64,000 nt of DNA from Bacillota bacterium (GCA_050952065.1 JBMNKF010000002.1:230971-294970); one strand, 5' to 3'. Positions 12,719-22,989 are shown, counted from the stretch's first letter. Numbers and translations are program-made. Notes: generated from the letters alone by a model not told the origin.

Positions 12719-15232
12719 GTGAACGGAAAGCTTAGATATACGGAAAGGGCCATGGCAGTCCTCACTTGGGCGCAGGAAGAGGCCAGAACCAGGGGAGCAA
12801 AAGCTATGGACACAGAACACATCCTGCTGGGGCTTCTTCGTCAGCGCGAGAGCGTTGCTGTGCAGGTCCTGAAATCCATGGGTCTGGACCCGAACCAGAT
12901 CTTAGAGGAAATCAACACCTCTACTGAGACGAACCCTGCCGCTTCTTCAATAGAGGCAGCAAGTCCCTCGGCCAAGAGAGTGCTTCAGATGGCGGGGGAA
13001 GAATCTTTGCGCCTAGGACATTCTTGGATCGGAACCGAGCATCTATTGCTGGGGCTTCTTCGCGAAGAAGACGGCCTGGCAGCAAGGATCATTACTAGAC
13101 AAGGCGGAGATTTGGAAAAGGCCCGTGAAGAAGTGATCAAGCGAGTAGGTGGTTCCTTGAGCGGCTCGTCCTTAGGTGACAGTGAGTCTCGGGGCTCCCT
13201 GGGGGGGCGTGCCAGGCGTGGCGACAAAAGGACGCCAACGCTTGACAACTACGGCCGAGATCTCACCGAGATGGCCTCTCAGGGAAAACTTGACCCGGTC
13301 ATTGGCAGGGAAAAAGAGATCGAAAGGGTCATTCAGATTCTGTCCCGAAGGACAAAGAACAACCCAGTCCTCATAGGCGAGCCGGGAGTGGGCAAGACTG
13401 CAGTGGTGGAGGGCCTCGCCCAAGCCATAAACGATGGAACGGTTCCCCAGATGCTCAAGGGCCGACGGGTGGTTACTCTGGACCTGGCGGCGTTGGTTGC
13501 GGGGACCAAGTACCGTGGCGAGTTCGAAGAGCGGTTGAAGAAAGTCCTTGAAGAGATACGACGCGCAGGCGACGTCATCTTGTTCATCGACGAAATGCAC
13601 ACAATAATCGGTGCCGGCGGAGCAGAAGGTGCCATTGACGCCTCCAGCATTCTCAAGCCAATGTTGGCCAGGGGCGAACTGCAATGCATTGGCGCCACAA
13701 CTTTGGATGAGTACCGCAAGTATGTGGAGAAGGACGCGGCTCTTGAGCGGCGTTTCCAGCCTGTTATGGTGTCTGAGCCCACCGTAGAAGAGACTTTGGA
13801 TATTCTCAAAGGTCTTCGGGACCGTTACGAGGCGCATCACAAGGTCAAGTACACTGATGAGGCGTTGGCGAGCGCTGTGCGCCTGTCAGATCGTTACGTC
13901 ACTGACAGGTTCCTTCCAGACAAAGCTATAGACCTCATAGACGAAGCAGGTTCCAGGGTGAGAATGAAAGCTTTCGAGGCGCCCATGGAACACAAGAACC
14001 TGGAGGCAGATATCGAGCGACTGGCCAAGGAAAAGGAATCCGCTGTGGCGCGGCAAGAATTTGAGAGAGCCGCAGAGTTCCGGGATAAGGAGCAGGAGCT
14101 CCGCAAGCTTCTCGAGGAGAAGAAGAAGGAGTGGCAGAAGCATGACATTCCGGAGAAATCTACGGTAACCGACGAGGATATAGCGACTATCGTTTCGGAC
14201 TGGACCGGAATACCGGTCAACAAACTGGCTACAGCTGAGACGGAGAGACTCCTGTCTCTGGAAGAAGAACTGCACAAACGGGTCATCGGCCAGGACGAAG
14301 CCGTAGCAGCCGTTGCTCGAGCAGTCAGGCGGTCTAGAGCGGGGCTCGGGGATCCTAAGCGGCCGATCGGGTCTTTCATCTTCCTTGGGCCTACCGGAGT
14401 CGGCAAGACTGAGCTGGCCAGATCTTTGGCTGAGGCCCTGTTCAACGACGAGGATGCCATGGTACGGTTGGATATGTCCGAGTACCAGGAACGGCACACC
14501 GTATCCAGGTTAGTGGGCGCGCCTCCGGGTTACGTTGGGTACGATGAAGGTGGCCAGCTGACCGAAGCGGTGAGAAGAAGGCCTTATTCGGTAGTACTCC
14601 TGGACGAAATCGAGAAGGCACACCCTGACGTGTTCAATGTACTGCTGCAAGTGCTTGAGGACGGAAGGCTGACCGAAGCCAGGGGCCGGACGGTTGATTT
14701 TAGAAATACAGTTATCATAATGACCTCAAACGCCGGTGCGGAAGCGATTCACGGAAAAGCAGTCCTGGGGTTCACTGCGGCCAGAGACACAGAGAGAGCA
14801 CACGTTGAGATGAAGGACAGGGTGATGGATGCCGTTAAGGCCATCTTCCGGCCCGAATTCCTCAACAGAGTAGACGAGATAATTGTATTCCATGCTCTTG
14901 GCGTCGATCATCTCAAGTCTATCGTGGATCTGCAGCTGTCGGCCGTAATGTCTCGCCTCAAGGAATCGACAGGCATCGAGATCGTTGTCACTAACGAGGC
15001 CAAGGAAAAACTGATCAGAGAAGGGACCGATCCTAACTATGGCGCAAGGCCGCTCAGGCGAGCCATTCAGCGCTTGGTGGAGGACCCCCTGTCTGATATG
15101 GTGTTGAGGGGCGAGTTTGGTCCTAACCAAACCGTTGTAGTGGACTTGGGGGACGACGGAAACCTCACGTTCAATGCAAAAGAGGCTGTGGACCGCAGCG
15201 TTGACGATGATAGCCAAAGCGACGTAGGGTAG
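12719..15232 (+). CDS. clpC: ATP-dependent Clp protease ATP-binding subunit ClpC
   Basis: GTG start with RBS ggaggg. Two Clp-N repeats, two AAA+ modules ([16 protein letters not shown]), and a UVR motif between them. Confidence 0.9.
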   Translation: MNGKLRYTERAMAVLTWAQEEARTRGAKAMDTEHILLGLLRQRESVAVQVLKSMGLDPNQILEEINTSTETNPAASSIEAASPSAKRVLQMAGEESLRLGHSWIGTEHLLLGLLREEDGLAARIITRQGGDLEKAREEVIKRVGGSLSGSSLGDSESRGSLGGRARRGDKRTPTLDNYGRDLTEMASQGKLDPVIGREKEIERVIQILSRRTKNNPVLIGEPGVGKTAVVEGLAQAINDGTVPQMLKGRRVVTLDLAALVAGTKYRGEFEERLKKVLEEIRRAGDVILFIDEMHTIIGAGGAEGAIDASSILKPMLARGELQCIGATTLDEYRKYVEKDAALERRFQPVMVSEPTVEETLDILKGLRDRYEAHHKVKYTDEALASAVRLSDRYVTDRFLPDKAIDLIDEAGSRVRMKAFEAPMEHKNLEADIERLAKEKESAVARQEFERAAEFRDKEQELRKLLEEKKKEWQKHDIPEKSTVTDEDIATIVSDWTGIPVNKLATAETERLLSLEEELHKRVIGQDEAVAAVARAVRRSRAGLGDPKRPIGSFIFLGPTGVGKTELARSLAEALFNDEDAMVRLDMSEYQERHTVSRLVGAPPGYVGYDEGGQLTEAVRRRPYSVVLLDEIEKAHPDVFNVLLQVLEDGRLTEARGRTVDFRNTVIIMTSNAGAEAIHGKAVLGFTAARDTERAHVEMKDRVMDAVKAIFRPEFLNRVDEIIVFHALGVDHLKSIVDLQLSAVMSRLKESTGIEIVVTNEAKEKLIREGTDPNYGARPLRRAIQRLVEDPLSDMVLRGEFGPNQTVVVDLGDDGNLTFNAKEAVDRSVDDDSQSDVG

Positions 15233-15298
15233 CATCTAGGCCGCACAAGGAAGCGGCAATCGCGGCGTAGAATCAGGTTCTCTGAAAGGACTGATTCT

Positions 15299-16654
15299 AT
15301 GCCGCGTTCTTTGTCCAGATTTGTCTGCTCCGCTTGTGGTTTCGGTGCGCCTCGCTGGTATGGGAAGTGCCCTCAGTGCGGCGAATGGAATACTCTGGCT
15401 GAAGAATTTCAGCGAGACACCGGCCCGTCCCCCAAGAGCGTCCGAGCCAAACCCGTGGTCTTGTCACAAGTACCCAAAGAAGATGTTTACCGTTTCTCGA
15501 GCGGCATGAGAGAGCTTGATCGCGTCTTAGGAGGCGGCTTTGTGCCAGGGTCTGTAGTCTTATTGGGGGGAGAACCGGGCATAGGCAAATCTACCCTCCT
15601 TTTGTCGGTGGCTGACAGCGTCTCAAGACAATATGGCCGCGTGTTATATACTTCGGGAGAAGAATCCCAAGGCCAGGTCAAAATGCGGGCAGATCGATTG
15701 GGTGTCGGATCAAGCGAGTTGTACTTCGCATCAGAACAGGATGTAGACGCCGTATTGGCATTGTGCGATGAACTGAAACCCCGCTTTCTCATAGTCGATT
15801 CGATTCAGACCTGCGAAGACCCTGCAGTTACCGCGCTTCCAGGCGGGCCTACTCAGGTGAGGTCTTGTGCCACCAAACTGCAGCAATACGCCAAGATCCA
15901 GGGTATGTGCTTGGTAATGGTGGGGCACACAGTGAAAGCCGGGGGCATAGCGGGGCCAAGACTTCTTGAACATCTAGTTGACTGTGTCCTTTATTTTGAA
16001 GGAGACGGCAACCATCTTTATCGAGTTGTGCGGGCGCAAAAGAACAGGTTTGGAGCAACCAACGAGGTAGCCGTATTCCAGATGGAGGATAGGGGCATTG
16101 TGGAGATACCGGACCCGTCGGGGATCTTCCTGTCCGAGCGAAGCGAGGGCAATGTGGGGTCGTGCGTGGCCGTGGCCCTTAAGGGAAACAGGGCGATGTG
16201 CCTTGAGGTGCAGGCTCTAGTGGCCGCAAGCGTGTACGGTTCACCCCGTCGTGTTACCAGCGAGATTGACCATCAGAGGGCTTCTCTTATACTCGCAGTT
16301 CTCGCAAAGAGGATTGCGTCGGCGCTAGATGGTAGGGATGCTTTCGTCAAAATTGCGGGCGGCATACGTGCCGACGAACCGGGTATCGATTTGGCCTGCG
16401 CGATCGCTCTCATGTCCAGCTACTACGATAATCCCGTCAAGCCGGGGCTTGCGTGCTTCGGCGAGATTGGGCTATCGGGGGAAATACGGATGGTGTCCCG
16501 CATGGAAGACAGAGTCAAAGAGGCAATTCGGTCGGGTTTCACAAAAGTGCTGGTTCCTGCCGGTTTTCTCAGGAAGACCAAATCTAATTCCGACATAGTG
16601 GGCGTTACGTCTGTGAGCGACGCCGCTATTATCGCTCTGGTAAACCAAACCTAG
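15299..16654 (+). CDS. radA: DNA repair protein RadA/Sms
   Basis: N-terminal C4 zinc finger (CSACG...CPQCG). RecA-like Walker A GEPGIGKST. KNRFG motif. C-terminal Lon-protease-like domain. Confidence 0.9.
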   Translation: MPRSLSRFVCSACGFGAPRWYGKCPQCGEWNTLAEEFQRDTGPSPKSVRAKPVVLSQVPKEDVYRFSSGMRELDRVLGGGFVPGSVVLLGGEPGIGKSTLLLSVADSVSRQYGRVLYTSGEESQGQVKMRADRLGVGSSELYFASEQDVDAVLALCDELKPRFLIVDSIQTCEDPAVTALPGGPTQVRSCATKLQQYAKIQGMCLVMVGHTVKAGGIAGPRLLEHLVDCVLYFEGDGNHLYRVVRAQKNRFGATNEVAVFQMEDRGIVEIPDPSGIFLSERSEGNVGSCVAVALKGNRAMCLEVQALVAASVYGSPRRVTSEIDHQRASLILAVLAKRIASALDGRDAFVKIAGGIRADEPGIDLACAIALMSSYYDNPVKPGLACFGEIGLSGEIRMVSRMEDRVKEAIRSGFTKVLVPAGFLRKTKSNSDIVGVTSVSDAAIIALVNQT

Positions 16655-16702
16655 AGACACAACTTGGATCCGGACACACCAATGGCAAGCCGTGTTTGGC
16701 TT

Positions 16703-17101
16703 CTAAGAGAAGTTGAAGATACCTAGACAGGCTAACCTTTCCTGTTCTTGGGCCAGAATGTCGTGTAGATTGAGATTTGTCAGATTGCACAGGGCCGCTA
16801 GGTAGAAGAGGCTGCGGCCGATTTCGTCCTCGAGCACTTCCGCGCAATGGTCGCACAGTTTGCCCTTTATATGGGTGCTCATATGCTCCTTGAGTGATTC
16901 AAGTGATTCTAGGTCCGGTGGTATCTGCTGTTTGACTGCCGTTATCTCAATACATCCACAATTGGTGACGGCCTTTGATACTGCCCGGTTTACTCTGCTT
17001 ATTGACTCGGTCAGTTTGCTCATGACGTCCAGGATGCTGCGGTGTCTCACGAGACAGTCATTCACAGTATCCTGAAAACCGTCACATAGGATGTCTTTCA
17101 C
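16703..17101 (-). CDS. Hypothetical Cys-rich cytoplasmic protein (possible metal-binding regulator)
   Basis: GTG start with RBS gaggtg 7 nt upstream. 132 aa with CGC and H-x5-C-DH-C motifs. No family recognised. Sits on the minus strand with tRNA-Ala and carD. Confidence 0.4.
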   Translation of the reverse strand: MKDILCDGFQDTVNDCLVRHRSILDVMSKLTESISRVNRAVSKAVTNCGCIEITAVKQQIPPDLESLESLKEHMSTHIKGKLCDHCAEVLEDEIGRSLFYLAALCNLTNLNLHDILAQEQERLACLGIFNFS

Positions 17102-17138
17102 TTGTATTCACCTCGCCGAAGGTCGTTGGAGGCGCTTC

Positions 17139-17213
17139 TGGTGGACGTGGCGGGATTCGAACCCGCGACCTTTCGGATGCGAACCGAATGCTCTCCCACT
17201 GAGCCACACGCCC
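17139..17213 (-). tRNA. tRNA-Ala (anticodon CGC)
   Basis: Reverse complement gives GGGCGTG...CACGTCCACCA with a G3:U70 acceptor pair and A73 discriminator. Anticodon loop is TTCGCAT. CCA is encoded. Confidence 0.7.
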
Positions 17214-17296
17214 ACCTCCCGTACTGCACGCGAGTACAATTCTACTTCAGTGCCATCCGACAGTCAAGAAAGCATGTAGAGGGGTGTTTTTTGCAG

Positions 17297-17782
17297 TTAG
17301 GTTTCAGAGAAAAGATTCGCCTCGAGCACCTGGAGGGCATGATCGCGATCCCAGCTTTTGGCCAAGATAAGTTCGGACAAGAGGATCTCCCTCGCGCTGT
17401 CGAGCATCTTGCGCTCGCCAGTGGATAGTCCCTTTTCGCGGTCGCGGACCCACAGATTTCTTACCACATCGGCCAGTTCGTATACATCGCCGCTCCTAAT
17501 CTTTTCGAGATTGCTTCTATAACGCCTGTTCCAGTTAGATGACATTGCAGTGCACTCTTGCCGTAGAACCTTCATTACTTGGTCCACTTCTGCAGGATCG
17601 ATGACGTCTCTAAGGCCGATTTCCTCCGTGTTGTCTACCGGGATCATTACTTTCATGTCCCCGATGGGAAGCTTTAGCACGTAGTAGCGGTGGGTTCTGC
17701 CCAGGATTTCTTTCTCTTCGATTCCCTCTATGGTGCCGGCGCCGTGCATTGGGTAGACAACGCGGTCACCTACATTAAACAT
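17297..17782 (-). CDS. carD: CarD/CdnL-family RNA polymerase-binding transcription factor
   Basis: Start at MFNVGDRVVYPMHGAG (RBS gggagg). N-terminal Tudor-like RNAP-interacting domain. The longer 17809 start is unsupported. Confidence 0.85.
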   Translation of the reverse strand: MFNVGDRVVYPMHGAGTIEGIEEKEILGRTHRYYVLKLPIGDMKVMIPVDNTEEIGLRDVIDPAEVDQVMKVLRQECTAMSSNWNRRYRSNLEKIRSGDVYELADVVRNLWVRDREKGLSTGERKMLDSAREILLSELILAKSWDRDHALQVLEANLFSET

Positions 17783-17945
17783 CCTTATACCTCCCATTGC
17801 ACCATGCAAAGCAATTGTACCATTAACTGGGGTCAGAGGTCAAACGCCAATGCCTCCCAGTACATGCCTCCCCTGTACCGGAAAACCACAGTCCCTGCGC
17901 GCTGTTTGGTTTGGGGCGCGAAACCCAGGCTAGTCCTTCTCATTG

Positions 17946-17974
17946 TTGGCTGGCCAGATCCATTGGCATATAAT
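17946..17974 (+). promoter_or_regulatory. Putative sigma-A promoter for yacL-ispDF
   Basis: TTGGCT-17-TATAAT, about 30 nt upstream of the yacL ATG. Confidence 0.4.
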
Positions 17975-18002
17975 AAAAAATGCCCAAGTCGTAAAGGAGG
18001 AG

Positions 18003-19139
18003 ATGCTGCAATTGCAAAAATCGCGACCCTATTTTACTGTTTTCGGGGCTTTATCTGGCGGGGCAGCCGGATTCTACCTAATCGGTCCCATTGGGAGGCT
18101 CTTAAAGACTGAACTGGGCCTTTGGGAAGGGGCCGGAATTGTCTTGTTTGCTGCTGCACTCGCTGCCGTAATACTGTTTTTCTTAGGTCCTCATATCGCC
18201 CGGCTGGTTGTGGCAGGGATAGACTGGATCGAAAGAAGGGTTGTGCGGCTTTCCCTAACAGACATAATGGTAGGGGTCGGGGGTCTTATTGTCGGACTTA
18301 TAATTGCCAATTTATTGGCCCCGTCTCTAGCCAGGATACCGGTAGTGGGAAGCTTCCTCCCGTCCATTGTCATGGTTATCCTGGCGTACATCGGGATAGC
18401 GGTTGCCCGAAGCAAGAAGGACGATCTAGTCGCCATAAGTCCAGGGCGTCTCAGGCAGGCCGCCAGGGCCAGACCGACCAAGGGCGGCGATAAGAAAGGG
18501 GACATACTCCCCACGGGCCAGTCGGCGCCAAAACTGCTGGACACCAGCACCATAATTGATGGACGCATTGTTGATATCTGCAAATCGGGGTTTGTGGAAG
18601 GACCCATCGTGATACCCCATTTTGTTCTGGATGAACTCCGGCGTATCGCTGACTCGGCCGATAACCTCAAGAGGAGCAAGGGCAGACGGGGGCTAGATAC
18701 TCTGAACACCCTGCAAAAGGACGTATCTGTGGGTGTATTGACTTGGGAGTGGCCCACAGATTCTGATCAAGATGTAGATTCGCTTCTTCTGAAGATGTGC
18801 AAGGCCACCGGCGCCGAGATCATTACCACCGACTATAACCTGGCCAAAATCGCCGAACTCCAGCAGGTGGGAGTGCTAAACGTTAACCAACTGGCCAATG
18901 CTCTGAAACTCATGGTAGCTCCGGGAGAGGAGCTTATGGTGGAGGTTCACCGCGAAGGCAAACAGCCCGGTCAAGGGGTGGGATATCTGGATGACGGGAC
19001 GATGGTCGTGATAGAGCAGGCAAGAAAGCACCTAAACGAGGTTATCTCTGTGATAGTGACAAATGTCCACAGCACCGCCCAGGGCAGGATGATTTTCGCT
19101 AAACCCAAATACCTCGAGAGAGGGCAAGCCGGTGAATGA
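18003..19139 (+). CDS. yacL: PIN/TRAM-domain membrane protein (YacL-like)
   Basis: Four N-terminal TM helices, a PIN domain (IVIPHFVLDELRRIAD) and a C-terminal TRAM domain. Preceded by aaaggagg. Confidence 0.8.
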   Translation: MLQLQKSRPYFTVFGALSGGAAGFYLIGPIGRLLKTELGLWEGAGIVLFAAALAAVILFFLGPHIARLVVAGIDWIERRVVRLSLTDIMVGVGGLIVGLIIANLLAPSLARIPVVGSFLPSIVMVILAYIGIAVARSKKDDLVAISPGRLRQAARARPTKGGDKKGDILPTGQSAPKLLDTSTIIDGRIVDICKSGFVEGPIVIPHFVLDELRRIADSADNLKRSKGRRGLDTLNTLQKDVSVGVLTWEWPTDSDQDVDSLLLKMCKATGAEIITTDYNLAKIAELQQVGVLNVNQLANALKLMVAPGEELMVEVHREGKQPGQGVGYLDDGTMVVIEQARKHLNEVISVIVTNVHSTAQGRMIFAKPKYLERGQAGE

Positions 19140-20337
19140 TAGTCTCTGGGTAATTGTCCCCGCCGCCGGTAGGGGGGTCAGGGCAGGAAAAGGGATCCCT
19201 AAGCAATTTGCCCACATCGCCGGAAAGACCGTGTTGGAATTGACTCTGTCTCGTCTTTTGGAGATTCCCGAGATAGGTGGCATCGTAGTGCCGCTTCCGG
19301 ATGGATTCAGTAGCTACGTTCAAGTCCTGCCGAGAGCCATCTTTGCCGAGGGGTCTGTGTTGTTTATCAAAGGCGGTGCTACCAGGCAAGAATCGGTGCG
19401 TCTGGCCCTTAGCAATGTACCGCAAGAAGCCCGCTGGATAGCAGTGCATGACGCATCGCGCCCTTTTGCAACAAAGGACCTCTTCCATCGCGTGTGGGGT
19501 GTTGCCAAGGAGTACGGGGCCGCAATATGTGGAGTAGAGCCAAGCGATACTGTGAAGAAGATGCAGGATAGGGTAGATGTCGCGTCGTCCGCGCGATTTG
19601 TCGAGACTACCCTGAACCGGGATGCTCTCTTGTGTGTCCAAACACCGCAGGTGTTTCGAGCAGGCCTTCTAAGGGAAGCTCACCTGAAAGCCCAGGTGCA
19701 TGGGTGGTACGGTACCGACGACAGTCAGCTGGTGGAGGCTATGGGCCACGCCGTGGCTGTGGTCCCGGGGGAGAGAACCAACTTGAAGCTCACCAATCCT
19801 GAGGATTTCGCAATGGCCGAGGCCATCCTTGCCCATAGGGGACCGGCGGACTCTGAAACTTGCGCCGTCACAGGGTTTGGTTTTGACGTACATCCCTTGG
19901 AACGGGGAAGGAAGTGTGTGTTGGGCGGTGTTCATATTGCGTCCGACACCGGGCCCGTTGGGCATTCTGACGGCGACGTGCTGCTTCACGCCATTATGGA
20001 TGGTATTCTTGGGGCGATGGCCAAAGGAGATATCGGAGTGTGGTTTCCGCCCGGCGATCCTAAGTACAAGGATGCTTCCAGTCTAGATCTCTTGGGTAGT
20101 TTGTGGCAGTCACTCCGGGGAGAGGGTAGGGTGCTCCAGGTCGACGCTACGGTGGTGGCGGAAACGCCCAAGCTCTCCCCTTACTACGAAGAGATGAGGG
20201 CGAACGTAGCGCGGACGTTGGAGATTAAACCCCATAGGGTGTCTGTCAAAGCGACTACTGCCGAGCAATTGGGCGCTTTGGGACGTCAAGAAGGCATAGC
20301 CGCTTTTGCCGTTGTTACAGTGGAAAGACGAATCTAG
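19132..20337 (+). CDS. ispDF: Bifunctional 2-C-methyl-D-erythritol 4-phosphate cytidylyltransferase / MEcPP synthase (IspD-IspF fusion)
   Basis: N-terminal IspD (WVIVPAAGRGVRAG). C-terminal IspF (GFGFDVHPL...GHSDGDVLLHAIMDG). Confidence 0.9.
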   Translation: MNDSLWVIVPAAGRGVRAGKGIPKQFAHIAGKTVLELTLSRLLEIPEIGGIVVPLPDGFSSYVQVLPRAIFAEGSVLFIKGGATRQESVRLALSNVPQEARWIAVHDASRPFATKDLFHRVWGVAKEYGAAICGVEPSDTVKKMQDRVDVASSARFVETTLNRDALLCVQTPQVFRAGLLREAHLKAQVHGWYGTDDSQLVEAMGHAVAVVPGERTNLKLTNPEDFAMAEAILAHRGPADSETCAVTGFGFDVHPLERGRKCVLGGVHIASDTGPVGHSDGDVLLHAIMDGILGAMAKGDIGVWFPPGDPKYKDASSLDLLGSLWQSLRGEGRVLQVDATVVAETPKLSPYYEEMRANVARTLEIKPHRVSVKATTAEQLGALGRQEGIAAFAVVTVERRI

Positions 20338-20339
20338 GC

Positions 20340-21209
20340 TTGGTTGTGGAGGGACACACAGTGAGCGATACGACTCGTGATTGCCCAGGGCCAAAGGAGG
20401 CATCACTGAAGGTCAAGGTTTTATATTATCCTTTCATGGGGACTAACGTGGATACTGAGAGGTTGCTTCTTCTGGCCAAGCTGTGCTATGCGCCTATGGG
20501 CATCAGTGAGTTAGAGGCGCTTCTGGTTGGGGACAAGCCTTCCCGGGAGGATACGGGGCGTTTTATCAGAAACCTAATTTCCTCTGGACACCTTGGGGCC
20601 CTCGAACACTGGCATACGACTTTCGCTGTGGAAGGGTATTCGAGGATCTCCAGCCAGCAAAACGACAGACACAGACTGATGAAGGTTTTTAAGGATCACG
20701 GGGTCGTGTATTTCAATGAGCCGGTTCAAGCTTCCCAAGACCTGTCACAGCTTCAGCAGTCTCAACGTTATGTCAAAGAGGACAATTTTCGCTACATAGT
20801 ACCGCCCAGTTTCAACTCACGGGCTGAGTTCTTGGCAAGGTTTAAGAGACTTCAGGATGAGGTCTTGGATATGCAGCGAGAGGGTTTGGCCCTAGGATTG
20901 CCGGCAGAAGATGTTAGATTCGCCCTCACCAATGCAACTGAGACCCGTTTTGTCATAACCACAAACGCTCGCCACCTGAGACACATGTTTAACCTTCGAT
21001 GCTGCCAGAGGGCTCAATGGGAGATCCGGCGCCTGTTTAAGGAATTGCTCCATGAATACCAGAGGATCGCGCCAAATATCTTCTATCGTGCGGGTGCTTC
21101 GTGTGAGGACTTAGGCTACTGTCCCGAGGGGAAAATGTCTTGCGGTAGAGCTCCTTCCCTGGAAGAACTCAAGAGATACTACAGAAAGGGGCATCACGCT
21201 GGCCAGTAA
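20340..21209 (+). CDS. thyX: Flavin-dependent thymidylate synthase ThyX-like protein (divergent)
   Basis: GHLGALEH...TF, SRISSQQNDRHR, and NARHLRHMFNLR...AQWEIR match the ThyX scaffold. The canonical RHR-x7-S has His in place of Ser and there is a ~20-aa insertion. The start is uncertain (TTG at 20340 or downstream). Confidence 0.55.
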   Translation: MVVEGHTVSDTTRDCPGPKEASLKVKVLYYPFMGTNVDTERLLLLAKLCYAPMGISELEALLVGDKPSREDTGRFIRNLISSGHLGALEHWHTTFAVEGYSRISSQQNDRHRLMKVFKDHGVVYFNEPVQASQDLSQLQQSQRYVKEDNFRYIVPPSFNSRAEFLARFKRLQDEVLDMQREGLALGLPAEDVRFALTNATETRFVITTNARHLRHMFNLRCCQRAQWEIRRLFKELLHEYQRIAPNIFYRAGASCEDLGYCPEGKMSCGRAPSLEELKRYYRKGHHAGQ

Positions 21210-21247
21210 GGGGACGAGTCCCTCGTACAAGTAGGTGAACCGACAAG

Positions 21248-22045
21248 GTGCGCGCCAGAAAAGATTCGGGTTTAATACACATCTTCGGCAAGCAGCCGGT
21301 CCAAGAGGCTGTCACAGGGGGATGGCCCGTCAGGGAGATCCTAGTGCGAGGCAAGATACAGGACGAATTCATCAGGTCAGTGACTAGTGCCGCCAAACGG
21401 ACGGGTATTCCCATCGTCTGTATGGAGCCGCCGGCATTCGACCGCCGGTTTGCGCGGGCTTCACAAGGGATGGTGGCTATCGTTAAGGATGTAGAGTCTA
21501 GGGACCTCGACGAAGTCATGGAAGGTATCCCTAAAGGCCGCCCACCGTTCTTTGTAGCCTTGGATGGGATCGAGGATCCCCACAACTTGGGCGCGATCAC
21601 CCGTACTGCTTACGCCATGGGAGTTGATGCCGTCGTCACGCCTCGTCGGAGAAGCGCTTCCATAGGTGAAGGGGCAGCCAAGTCTTCGGCAGGCGCTATC
21701 TTCAAACAGCCGATCTGCCAAGTGGCCAACCTCAACTACTTCATCGAGTGGGCAAAAGACCGCGGCCTTTGGGTCTATGGATTGGACGCTCAGGGTAAAG
21801 ACACGCTGTGGGATACGGATTTCAGGGGCGGGGTGGCCCTAGTGGTGGGAAGCGAAGGCCGAGGTATTTCACGTTTGGTGAGGGAGCGATGCGACTTTCT
21901 TGTGCGGATTCCCATGTCGGGCTCAATCGGTAGTCTCAATGCCAGTGTTGCGGCGGCCATGGCCATCATGGAGGTGCAAAGACAGCGGACAAGAGGCGTG
22001 AATAATGGCGAAAACAGGGGGTACGAGTCACATTCGGGCACTTAG
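21248..22045 (+). CDS. rlmB: SpoU/TrmH-family 23S rRNA (guanosine-2'-O)-methyltransferase (RlmB/YacO-like)
   Basis: SpoU-substrate-binding N-domain plus methyltransferase motifs (LDGIEDPHNLGAITRTA, ALVVGSEGRGIS, IPMSGSIGSLNASVAAA). Confidence 0.8.
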   Translation: MRARKDSGLIHIFGKQPVQEAVTGGWPVREILVRGKIQDEFIRSVTSAAKRTGIPIVCMEPPAFDRRFARASQGMVAIVKDVESRDLDEVMEGIPKGRPPFFVALDGIEDPHNLGAITRTAYAMGVDAVVTPRRRSASIGEGAAKSSAGAIFKQPICQVANLNYFIEWAKDRGLWVYGLDAQGKDTLWDTDFRGGVALVVGSEGRGISRLVRERCDFLVRIPMSGSIGSLNASVAAAMAIMEVQRQRTRGVNNGENRGYESHSGT

Positions 22046-22183
22046 AGCCAGGCGTACCGTATTGATCTGCCGGAGTTTACAAAAGTATAATAGGTTCAAC
22101 AGGTTTGTCCGAGGGTTGTAGAGACGCGAATTGGGGCGGGTGACAGTTAGGAAGCCCCAGGTATCCGGAGGAGGGGTGCTTTT

Positions 22184-22855
22184 TTGGCTATTGGCCCGCA
22201 GCGGGATCTATACTCTGCCTTCGAGATGATGCAAGACGAAGAGGTAGTGGATATTGCGAGAGCCGGTTCAGTCCTGGCTCAAGAATACTTGATAAACAAG
22301 TACAGGAGTTTTGTTAGAGCAAAGGCGAGAGCTTACTTTCTGATTGGTGCTGACCGAGAAGACATTATACAGGAAGGTATGATTGGCCTCTACAAAGCCA
22401 TTAGGGATTTTCGAGCTGACAAACTGGCCTCCTTCAAAGCTTTCGCCGAGCTTTGCATAACAAGACAGATAATAACTGCAATTAAGACTGCCACAAGACA
22501 AAAGCATATACCTCTTAACTCGTATGTCTCATTGAACAGGCCGATTTACGATGAGGATTCAGACAGAACGCTTCTGGATATCATGCCTGGCACTCAAGTT
22601 GTGGATCCCGAGGAACTTCTCATAAACACAGAGGAAATCGGAACTATGGAGAACAAGATTACTGAGATACTCTCGGAACTTGAGTGGAGAGTCCTGAACT
22701 CGTATCTTGACGGGAAGTCCTATGTTGAGATTGCCAGTGATTTGGATAGGCATGTGAAGTCCATCGACAACGCGTTGCAGCGGGTCAAAAGGAAACTTGA
22801 GCGTTTCCTAGACGCAAAGAACGGTACCCGCGTGCCCCACGAGATCAACTTTTGA
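22184..22855 (+). CDS. sigH: Sporulation/transition-state sigma factor SigH
   Basis: Near-identical core to B. subtilis SigH (KYRSFVRAKARAYFLIGADREDIIQEGMIGLYKAIRDF...AFAELCITRQIITAIKTATRQKHIPLNSY). TTG start with RBS ggaggagggg. Confidence 0.85.
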   Translation: MAIGPQRDLYSAFEMMQDEEVVDIARAGSVLAQEYLINKYRSFVRAKARAYFLIGADREDIIQEGMIGLYKAIRDFRADKLASFKAFAELCITRQIITAIKTATRQKHIPLNSYVSLNRPIYDEDSDRTLLDIMPGTQVVDPEELLINTEEIGTMENKITEILSELEWRVLNSYLDGKSYVEIASDLDRHVKSIDNALQRVKRKLERFLDAKNGTRVPHEINF

Positions 22856-22938
22856 GTGTCCAGACTCTTTTGAGTTCCCAGGGGTGAAGACCTGCCGTTT
22901 TATCGCCCCGTACGGCGAGTCCTGGCGTCAGGCATTGA

Positions 22939-22967
22939 TTGACACTGAAAGACCGAATTGCTACGAT
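22939..22967 (+). promoter_or_regulatory. Putative promoter for tRNA-Thr(UGU)
   Basis: TTGACA-17-TACGAT, 22 nt upstream of the tRNA. Confidence 0.45.
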
Positions 22968-22989
22968 GGAGTATGCCAACAATTGATGA

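Noticed and set aside
13172-14499. Three 158-222 aa antisense ORFs within clpC
   Set aside because: Sense-strand ClpC homology is continuous. These are GC-rich antisense artefacts.
17943-18002. TTG-initiated extension of yacL
   Set aside because: It overlaps the TTGGCT-17-TATAAT promoter. The RBS precedes the ATG at 18003.
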